Shown here in pieces: positions 14,206 to 21,682 of a stretch of DNA of 32,000 bases; the first letter of the stretch is position 1, and the number at the start of each line of letters is the position of its first letter. Origin of the DNA: Candidatus Bathyarchaeia archaeon (GTDB lineage: Archaea > Thermoproteota > Bathyarchaeia > 40CM-2-53-6). The stretch lies in the NCBI GenBank assembly GCA_050013255.1, contig JBEKFP010000001.1:65417-97416 (forward strand), written 5' to 3'. Made by a program: the position numbers and the translations under genes. The notes beneath the pieces were generated by a model. The model was not told the DNA's origin, ran no database searches, and was given only the letters and a program-made list of their open reading frames with translations.

Positions 14206-15369
14206 TTGTTAGTCACAAGTTTGCCCAAGTATGTTGAGGAGCTCAAAAGCCACCCCTTAGATCCACTCGTTTCGAGCCTGGTTGACTCCTCAGCCGACAG
14301 CAACCTCGCCAAGATAGTAGGCTTGCTGAGGGAACGCGGTGTTTACGAAGTCTTCGTTCCGGAAGGCACTCGGTGCGGAATGATATGCGCGAGGGACGTT
14401 TTGAAGACAACTAACATTGAAACTACGAAAACCAGTGCCGTTATGTCATACGTCCCTTCGCTTGAGAGAGATGCGTTAGTCAGCGAAGCGGCTAGGCTGA
14501 TGACGGACTACAGAGTAAGAGCCGTGCCCATTTCTGACGGTCGCAAAATCATTGGTCAAGTAAACTGCGGGCGCATCCTCCTGGAATTGAAAGGTAAGCT
14601 CGGTGGTGACCTACGAATCGCTTCTCTTGCGACAAAGGATCCTATAACGGTCGACGACACGGCGCCGGTTGGGAAAGCGAGAGAACTCATGGTTCGGAAG
14701 CGAATCGACCATCTACCAGTGACTACAAGAGGCAGAATAGCTGGAACCATAACGTCCTTTCAAATCCTCACAAGCATGGCCCCACCAGAACGGGTTGGAA
14801 GCAAATCGACGAAACCCGAAATCCGGCGCAACCTCGAGTATCTAGTTGGCGATGCGATGGAGCGAGACCCTTTGACCTGTTCCCCTGAAACTAGCGCCGA
14901 ACAAGCTTTGGATATGATGCTAAAGAGCCAAAGAACTTGCATTCTCGTCACACAATGGGAGGAACTCCAAGGAATAGCCACCCAAAGAGATTTCATGGCC
15001 CTCCTTGCTGAGGCAGAGCCTGAACCTGAAGTCCCGGTCTTTATGGTTGGACTTCCCGAGGATCCGTTCGAGGCTGAGGCAACGAAAGCGAAGTTCAAAC
15101 GAACCATTACTCAGCTCCACCGGAGTTTTCCTGACATTCTCGAAGCGAGGTCTGTCATAAAATCAAAATTCACGAAGCCCGGTAGGGAGCGAGGTCGGTA
15201 TGAAGTGACGGTTCATATCAAGACGCCTAGGAACGCTTACAGTTACTCAGAAGGCGGTTATGAACTCCCAGTCATATACGACCTGATAACGGACAGACTT
15301 AAACGCCTACTAACGCAGAAACAAAAACGCCGAAGAACGCGCGAGAGGGAGCGACAAGAAGCAGTCTAG
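14206..15369 (+). CDS. Four-CBS-domain protein with a C-terminal HPF/RaiA (S30AE)-like domain
   Basis: 387 aa with a TTG start. I read four CBS repeats at roughly aa 20-70, 78-130, 137-190 and 210-265. The C-terminal 110 aa follow a beta-alpha-beta-beta-beta-alpha pattern. The segment VTVHIKTPRNAYSYSEGGYELPVIYDLITDRLKRLLTQKQKRRR parallels E. coli RaiA [40 protein letters not shown]. Confidence 0.8.
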   Translation: MLVTSLPKYVEELKSHPLDPLVSSLVDSSADSNLAKIVGLLRERGVYEVFVPEGTRCGMICARDVLKTTNIETTKTSAVMSYVPSLERDALVSEAARLMTDYRVRAVPISDGRKIIGQVNCGRILLELKGKLGGDLRIASLATKDPITVDDTAPVGKARELMVRKRIDHLPVTTRGRIAGTITSFQILTSMAPPERVGSKSTKPEIRRNLEYLVGDAMERDPLTCSPETSAEQALDMMLKSQRTCILVTQWEELQGIATQRDFMALLAEAEPEPEVPVFMVGLPEDPFEAEATKAKFKRTITQLHRSFPDILEARSVIKSKFTKPGRERGRYEVTVHIKTPRNAYSYSEGGYELPVIYDLITDRLKRLLTQKQKRRRTRERERQEAV

Positions 15370-15400
15370 TTCGCTTTGAACTATCAGGAGTAATTACTAC

Positions 15401-17425
15401 TTGCTGCTGCCTACCAGAATGAAGAGGGTTGAGATCATTGTCCCGCAAAGAAAGTTCGATGACGTCATGCTCTACCTCCGCGAACAGAACGCGATTGAAC
15501 TCCTTGACGTTAAGGAAATGATCAAGGGGTACGGTGGCGGCGTAACCTCAACAACAGTCTCGGATAGACTCTACCGACTTACGACACTTGAATCAAAAAT
15601 CAATTCAATCATAGCAGCACTCCAACTCACATCGCTGCAATCGAAACAAGTTCAAGTGGACCGAAGAATCTCTGATGAGCAAATCGCCGAAATCGAGAAG
15701 CGAGTGGCCGAAATCGAACAGCAAGTAACCACACTCACAAACGAATCCCAAGCCATCGAATCATTGATTTCCTACGCAGAGCGACAGCTGCACGCCAGCA
15801 TAGAGGAAATCACGAAAATCGAGAACGTAAATTCACCCGAAGGAAGACATAGGCTCGAAGAAATCGTCGCCGGTATCTTCCAGACGCTTAAACCTTCAGA
15901 GATTAAGATCACTGGGCAGCTTGAAGAAATAGTCCAAGCTAAGGCATTGGAAGACGCCGTTGTCAAGGACATTTCAGATAATGTGGCCAAGATCCTAGCC
16001 AAAAAGCGTGACGAAAAAGCGATTGCTGACGCCATCACGCAGACGCTAGGCCTCAAACTGAAGGCCGCGGGTCGAGGCAAACGGTTAGCATATGAGGACA
16101 CTAGTAGAATTGAAGAGTCGAAGCAGAGACTCAGGGAACTCAAAGAAAAGCTTACTGAAATAAGCCGAACCGATGGCGATTTCCTTCTAATCAACAGGGA
16201 GATTATCGGCGCAGAGAGAGCCTTCGAGCAGGCCAAGGCGTACACAGGCAAAACAGAATCGACTTCTATGATTGAGGGGTGGATGCCCGCCTCAAAAATC
16301 AACACAATCAGATCCGCGCTTCAAGAGATGTGCGGCGGGGAAGTGATAATGAAGGATTGGGTGAGTAAAGATGCGCCGACTAATGTCTCGAAGCCGAAAC
16401 TCCCAGTGCTTCAGATTTTCGAAAAGCTGACCCTTGGCTTCGGCGTCCCAAACAGTGATGAGGTTGACCCCACGGTATTGTGGCTCGTCACCTACCCACT
16501 CTTTTTCGGATTCATGTTTGGCGATGTGGGTAACGGGTTTGTAGTGATGGTTGTTTCAACAATATTCTGGATCAAGAAGAGGCAGGGGTTGGTTATTTCG
16601 GACAATGCTTACGGCGGTTTAGGAGGAGTATTCAGCATGATAATTCAAGGAGCACCATTACTCGTGCTCAGTGGCGCCTCAGCGCTCGTTGTAGGATTCC
16701 TCTACGGGACGGTTTTCGGCAGCGTCGCATGGTTCCGAATGGTCACGGGCCTCCCGGGACCTCTATGGTTCGAACCTTTCGAGAATATTCGGCTGATGCT
16801 GAGGCTGTCCATTACTATCGGGGTAATCCATATCATGTCAGGCCTATGCTTGGACATATTCAACAAGGCCTACGCTAGGGAATATCACGAACTAGTTTCT
16901 GGCCCGCTCGTTTGGCTCTGGTTCTACGGCGCTTTTGGGATTACGTTGCTTCAATACGGGCTGCGATTTCCAAATTACCTCTTCGACTCCAAGAACACGG
17001 TCGACATCTTCCTTAGGATAGGACTCCCGCTCATCGCCATGATGGTGCTGAAGCTTTGGGCAGAAGGGTCCATGGGTCTTATGCACGGCTTCGAAAATCT
17101 CTTGTCGTCCCTGTCCCACACGATTTCCTATGTTCGAATTTTAGCCATGAAGTTGATCGACGACGTCTTTCTCCGGCTCTTCCTCGGAGTTCTCGTCTTC
17201 TTCATGGCTTGGGGCAATGTTGCTGGGACAGTTCTAGGGTACGTGCTTTTCTCAGCCTTAACGATCGTACTAATTCTGATTTTGGAAACAGCTTTTGTGT
17301 TCATGCAGTCGCTTCGACTTCACTGGGTCGAGTGGTTCATGAAATTCTATGGTGGCAACGGGACAGCCTTCAAACCATACGGCGCCGAGCGGGCTCACAC
17401 GAAGGTTCGTACAGGCGCACAGTAG
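15401..17425 (+). CDS. atpI: A/V-type ATP synthase subunit I (a-subunit, proton channel)
   Basis: 674 aa with a TTG start. The family-typical N-terminus is MLLPTRMKRVEI. A long coiled-coil cytoplasmic domain precedes a C-terminal membrane domain with the essential-Arg motif HTISYVRILAMKL. Confidence 0.9.
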   Translation: MLLPTRMKRVEIIVPQRKFDDVMLYLREQNAIELLDVKEMIKGYGGGVTSTTVSDRLYRLTTLESKINSIIAALQLTSLQSKQVQVDRRISDEQIAEIEKRVAEIEQQVTTLTNESQAIESLISYAERQLHASIEEITKIENVNSPEGRHRLEEIVAGIFQTLKPSEIKITGQLEEIVQAKALEDAVVKDISDNVAKILAKKRDEKAIADAITQTLGLKLKAAGRGKRLAYEDTSRIEESKQRLRELKEKLTEISRTDGDFLLINREIIGAERAFEQAKAYTGKTESTSMIEGWMPASKINTIRSALQEMCGGEVIMKDWVSKDAPTNVSKPKLPVLQIFEKLTLGFGVPNSDEVDPTVLWLVTYPLFFGFMFGDVGNGFVVMVVSTIFWIKKRQGLVISDNAYGGLGGVFSMIIQGAPLLVLSGASALVVGFLYGTVFGSVAWFRMVTGLPGPLWFEPFENIRLMLRLSITIGVIHIMSGLCLDIFNKAYAREYHELVSGPLVWLWFYGAFGITLLQYGLRFPNYLFDSKNTVDIFLRIGLPLIAMMVLKLWAEGSMGLMHGFENLLSSLSHTISYVRILAMKLIDDVFLRLFLGVLVFFMAWGNVAGTVLGYVLFSALTIVLILILETAFVFMQSLRLHWVEWFMKFYGGNGTAFKPYGAERAHTKVRTGAQ

Positions 17426-17483
17426 GCTATTCTGAAATTGAACTAGCTTCGAAAGTCTGATTCCATGTCGTCGGTCAAACTTT

Positions 17484-18878
17484 TTGAAGTCTTGGCGCAC
17501 GGGTTTATATGAGCCTTGTCGCTTCCGTATCAGACAATTCAGGCGAGGCGCACAATCAACGAGCCATACGGCTTCAATCCAAGTACAAGCGGTCAACGAC
17601 ATTGTCGCGCAGCTACAGGATTATGGATTAACCCGCAATGAGGCTCGCGTCCTAGTCTTCCTCGCCAAGACCGGGCCCTCAAAAGCCAGTGAAGTGGCTC
17701 GCGCAGTGCAAATCAACCGCACGGAAACTTACAGGACAATACGGAACCTTCAACGCCGTGGACTGGTGGAAGCCACGCTCGAAAGGCCGGTGCGCTTCCA
17801 ATCCGTTCCATTTGACAGGTGCCTGCGCATCCTAATCGACGAGAGAAAGGCGAGGTTGAGGATTCTCGAGCAACGCGGCGAAGATTTGCGCCGCCAATTC
17901 GATGATGTGCGCGTCGAACCTGTCAGTCAAGAAGTTGAACGATTTCAAGTAGTGGGAGGAAGGCTTCGAATTGAGCAACGATTGCACGGTATGTACACCC
18001 AAGCCCAGAAATCGATCATGACTGTTCTATCACCATCGGAAGTGATACGGGCCGATACGTCAGACCTGTTTGACTTGCTTGGAAACGCAGCGAAGAATGG
18101 CCTTCGCGTCCGTGTGATTACAGCGATCAATCAAAGCAATTTACAAATTGTAGAGAAGTTCCGCGAGAGGATCGAGATAAGGCATCTCGACCTAAAGGCG
18201 AAACCGATCCCTAGGGTTTCTATAATCGATGATAGTGAAGCCCTCTTCGAAATTACAACTGTCGACGAGAGCCCGAGAACCGAGGAAGAGGTTGCACTAT
18301 GGATCAACAGCCGCGCCTTCGTGAGAAACCTCCAAGCCTACTTTGAGGAGATGTGGAATTCAGGCACGCCAGCTGAAGGCCGTTTAGAGGCAGTGCGAAA
18401 AGGAATACCCCCTGACGACCTTAGAATATTCAAAGGAAGACCAGAAGTAAGCGGCAAACTCAACGAGATGATCACATCAGCCAACCAGAGCGTTGAGATA
18501 TGGACGACGATGAGGGGAATCCAGGCTCTCGCGGACTTCCACTTCGGCCAGCTCAAGGAAGCAAAGGCTCGAGGAGCAAAGATACGCATCATTGCACCCA
18601 TCACAAGCGAGAATACAGAAGGTGCACGCAAGCTCGTGCCCGTCTCCGAATTACGTTATTCTGAAGCTCTTGGCCCGGCGGGAATTGCGATTGCGGACCA
18701 AAGAGAGTTAATGCTGTTCGAGAGACTGCCCGACGACAATAACGCCGAGGTGGGCGCTGACGTGGGTTTCTGGACCAATAGTACCCGCTTCATAGAAACT
18801 ATGAGCAGAGCTTACGATGCGTTGTGGAAAGGCGTATTTGCGATTTACACGCCAAAGCGCCGCGTGCTGCGCAGCTAG
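17484..18878 (+). CDS. TrmB-family transcriptional regulator with tandem C-terminal domains
   Basis: 464 aa, with a TTG as the only in-frame start. The wHTH reads YGLTRNEARVLVFLAKTGPSKASEVARAVQINRTETYRTIRNLQRRGLV. It is followed by two similar modules of about 150 aa. Confidence 0.75.
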   Translation: MKSWRTGLYEPCRFRIRQFRRGAQSTSHTASIQVQAVNDIVAQLQDYGLTRNEARVLVFLAKTGPSKASEVARAVQINRTETYRTIRNLQRRGLVEATLERPVRFQSVPFDRCLRILIDERKARLRILEQRGEDLRRQFDDVRVEPVSQEVERFQVVGGRLRIEQRLHGMYTQAQKSIMTVLSPSEVIRADTSDLFDLLGNAAKNGLRVRVITAINQSNLQIVEKFRERIEIRHLDLKAKPIPRVSIIDDSEALFEITTVDESPRTEEEVALWINSRAFVRNLQAYFEEMWNSGTPAEGRLEAVRKGIPPDDLRIFKGRPEVSGKLNEMITSANQSVEIWTTMRGIQALADFHFGQLKEAKARGAKIRIIAPITSENTEGARKLVPVSELRYSEALGPAGIAIADQRELMLFERLPDDNNAEVGADVGFWTNSTRFIETMSRAYDALWKGVFAIYTPKRRVLRS

Positions 18879-18941
18879 GCCATGAGCCTGTACTCCTGCG
18901 AAACCCAGCAGCTACAATTGGAGCCTTGTCGTTTGCCCAAA

Positions 18942-19802
18942 ATGAGGTTTGGATGCCAGCTTCCCCAAGACCTTGATGACTTTGACCGCCTAGTGGACGT
19001 GGCGAAAAATTGCGAGAGGCTTGGATATGACAGCCTGTGGACCTATGACCACCTTTCACCTTTCTGGTCGCGCTCCGGCCGAGGGTTAGAGTGCTGGACC
19101 ACTCTGTCGGCAATTGCTGGACGCACGGAGACCGTAAAGGTGGGTACCCTAGTTACGAACATTGCCCTACGCAATCCGAGTTTGCTCGCCAAAATGTCGA
19201 GCACCGTCGACAACATCAGCGGCGGCCGGCTCATACTCGGCCTAGGAACTGGAGACAAACTGAGTCGTAAAGAATTGAACTCTTATGGCTATGGATTTCC
19301 AGGTCTAGATGAACGAATGGAACGCCTAAAGGAAAGCATTCTCATTCTGAAAGCCCTGTGGACAAAGAATGAAGTCACTTTTCAAGGAAAGTATTACAGG
19401 ATTACAAAGGCCGTAAACGTTCCTAAGCCAAAGCAACGCCCCCATCCCCCAATCTGGATTGGAGGGAAGCATCTCAGGATTTTGGATATTGTTGCAGAGT
19501 TTGCTGACGGATGGAACCATTGGGGCCTCCGTAAGGATGAGTTGGAACGACGCAGCAGTTATCTCGCTAAGAAGTGCGCCGAATTCGGGCGTAATCCACG
19601 CAGTATCGTCAAATCATGGTCTGGAACCTATCGGCAACTTGCTCAGCCAACAAGGAACTATTCAGAATTGGTGGAAAAGATGTCTAGGAACTTGCGGGAC
19701 CAGACTGACCCGGAGACGAGTTATTTCATTGCATGTTTTGACTCGCGGGCCGAACAAGAGAGTTATCAAGCCTTTGCTGATGCCGTGAAGAGTTTGGATT
19801 AG
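18942..19802 (+). CDS. Luciferase-like (LLM-class) flavin/F420-dependent oxidoreductase
   Basis: The family-typical start MRFGCQLP is at the ATG at 18942. The track ORF begins 20 codons earlier, at the ATG at 18882. The sequence contains YDSLWTYDHL and GGRLILGLGTGD. Confidence 0.8.
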   Translation: MRFGCQLPQDLDDFDRLVDVAKNCERLGYDSLWTYDHLSPFWSRSGRGLECWTTLSAIAGRTETVKVGTLVTNIALRNPSLLAKMSSTVDNISGGRLILGLGTGDKLSRKELNSYGYGFPGLDERMERLKESILILKALWTKNEVTFQGKYYRITKAVNVPKPKQRPHPPIWIGGKHLRILDIVAEFADGWNHWGLRKDELERRSSYLAKKCAEFGRNPRSIVKSWSGTYRQLAQPTRNYSELVEKMSRNLRDQTDPETSYFIACFDSRAEQESYQAFADAVKSLD

Positions 19803-19809
19803 AATACCC

Positions 19810-20529
19810 ATGCACTCCCTCGATCATCATAGAATAAAGACACGTCAAGTTACGTTGGCCGCGTCCTTCGCCGCAGTCTACTTCGTGCTTCGAACCATTC
19901 CCACTTTTCAAATGGTCGGCATATCCGGCCGATTCAGTGCAGCCGATTTCCTGCTGACCACGATTGCCATGCTGTGCGGCTTATGGGGCGGCGTACTTTC
20001 CGTAGTGATTGGGACGATCTTGGCTTATGGCTTGAGGCCCCCTATTTTCTTCGGCCTCGATTTCCTACCCGCTATCGCGAACGTAGCTATAGCTGCCCTT
20101 CTGCTCAAAGGCCGCTATAGAACAGCGCGGGGCATTTATGTCGCAATCTTTTTCGCGTTTGTACTCAGCCCGTACAGTCTGTTGTTTGAATATGGGTATG
20201 TGCCTTACACGTGGCTTCATATTGTTGCACTAATCGTTCTCCTATCACCAATAGCGGTCAAGGTTCCTGCTTGGTTGAGCGGCTATGGTTACCGGCAGAT
20301 TGTCGCCATAGGCACGTTGGCCTTTGTGGGAACAATGGGACAACACCTTGTAGGAGGACTTCTTTACGAATTAGCCGTCGGAGTGGTTGGGGGAGTTAGC
20401 CCATCAAATTTGGCTCTTACTTGGCGTATCATTTTCTTGGCTTACCCAATCGAACGACTCCTCACCGTGATCCTTTCAACGATCATGGCGCTTGCCGTGC
20501 AGCGTTCCATCAAGAAATGGATGCCCTAG
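19810..20529 (+). CDS. Integral membrane protein (possibly ECF-transporter S-component-like)
   Basis: 239 aa with 6-7 hydrophobic helices. The N-terminus TRQVTLAASFAAVYFVLR resembles S-component starts. It lies 7 nt after the oxidoreductase gene. The product assignment is tentative. Confidence 0.6.
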   Translation: MHSLDHHRIKTRQVTLAASFAAVYFVLRTIPTFQMVGISGRFSAADFLLTTIAMLCGLWGGVLSVVIGTILAYGLRPPIFFGLDFLPAIANVAIAALLLKGRYRTARGIYVAIFFAFVLSPYSLLFEYGYVPYTWLHIVALIVLLSPIAVKVPAWLSGYGYRQIVAIGTLAFVGTMGQHLVGGLLYELAVGVVGGVSPSNLALTWRIIFLAYPIERLLTVILSTIMALAVQRSIKKWMP

Positions 20530-20569
20530 CTTTCTTCGCCTCATAGCGAAAATGGTGATAGCTTGGAGT

Positions 20570-21682
20570 TCAGCCGATTTCTTTCAGTTTGGCTGGCAAA
20601 TATTTGTCTACGATGTAGGCCAACCCGTATCGGCTGAAAGCTTCTTGTTCTGCTTTTTTCTTAACTTTCAGGAATGTTGCAATTTCATCTTTCCATAGCT
20701 TTCCGTTGTACCTAGGGTCCTTCTCAAGTTCATAGAGCCTCTTTATGTCGAGGTCTGTTAGAGGGTCGCTTGGAAGTTTGTAATCTACGATATCAGAGGC
20801 CCACACCCCCGCCCATTTGGCGTCTGGCGTGTTTAGTTCCCGAAGGTGGGCGGCGTTTGCTGAGCCGGATATTATTACATTGGCGATGTGCATTCCCCAG
20901 GGGTCTGCGTCGCAGAAAATGTACACTGGGAGCCCCAATTCTTTGTTCAATCTTCGAAGGAGCGCTCGTGTTGCGCGCGGTGCCTGGCCTGCAGTGTGAA
21001 TCAATAAAGCCTTGTACTTCTCGTGAACCCTCTCCTCAATAAAACGTGTGAAGAGCCCGCCTTTCTCGATAGCAATAATCTTGTCAGCTTTACACTCAGC
21101 AAATTCTGCGTTCGTAAGCGCTGGGCCGATCATCATCCCGTCTGGGTGCGACGATAGGTTGAGCTCCTTACCTTCATATCCGCGAACGGTATACTGGATG
21201 GTTAGATCGCCGAAGATTGCGCTACGCTCCTCAGGAAATACGTTAAAGTCCTCTCTAGAATACCCAAGAACTGTTTCAAGGTCAGTGATTATATCGTCAC
21301 TTTCCGCTTGATCTGCGAAGCTCATTTCGTAAGCTTGCGCTGAGTAGAATACGTCTCTCAAGGTTGAGGTCTTCCCTTCGCGTGCCAGTTCGTCGACGAA
21401 GGACCCGGTCCAGACGAGCTGCGTTAGTGGCCTGATATGCCTTATGTTTCGGGCGCTACGCCTCACGTAATGTTCGCCGAGCACGTATTGCCGGGTTTTT
21501 TCATCGTAGCGTATGTTCTTTATCGACCGGCTGGGCATTCGGACCGAGGGCCATTGCTTCTGGGAGAGTTGCGAGTAGATTTGGTTACCCAAAGTTTTGA
21601 GGCTGTCTAATACCAAGCCTCTTCGTTGCTCGACTCGACTAGACCTGCTCTCCTTGGTCGTCTTCACTTTCCTCTTTTTCAT
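20570..21682 (-). CDS. top6A: DNA topoisomerase VI subunit A (Spo11 family)
   Basis: 370 aa. It has a Toprim region (IAIEKGGLF...IFCDADPWG) and a 5Y-CAP region with RDVFYS. A start at the ATG at 21682 overlaps top6B by 44 nt; an alternative TTG is at 21616. Confidence 0.9.
   Translation of the reverse strand: MKKRKVKTTKESRSSRVEQRRGLVLDSLKTLGNQIYSQLSQKQWPSVRMPSRSIKNIRYDEKTRQYVLGEHYVRRSARNIRHIRPLTQLVWTGSFVDELAREGKTSTLRDVFYSAQAYEMSFADQAESDDIITDLETVLGYSREDFNVFPEERSAIFGDLTIQYTVRGYEGKELNLSSHPDGMMIGPALTNAEFAECKADKIIAIEKGGLFTRFIEERVHEKYKALLIHTAGQAPRATRALLRRLNKELGLPVYIFCDADPWGMHIANVIISGSANAAHLRELNTPDAKWAGVWASDIVDYKLPSDPLTDLDIKRLYELEKDPRYNGKLWKDEIATFLKVKKKAEQEAFSRYGLAYIVDKYLPAKLKEIG

Noticed and set aside
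15772-16305. A 177-aa antisense ORF inside atpI. Similar long antisense or shadow ORFs occur at 255-473, 8610-9227, 9208-9729, 10222-10671, 11538-11882, 13649-14077, 26331-26705 and 28461-29048.
   Set aside because: Each lies fully opposite, or out of frame within, a gene with strong family signatures. Their translations are low-complexity (Ser/Arg/Leu-rich) with no recognisable motifs. These are typical shadow ORFs.
18882-18941. A 20-codon N-terminal extension of the luciferase-like oxidoreductase (ATG at 18882).
   Set aside because: The family normally begins M-[KR]-F-G at the first beta strand. The ATG at 18942 gives MRFGCQLP, and the extension (MSLYSCETQQLQLEPCRLPK) looks non-homologous. 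I retained it only as an alternative start.
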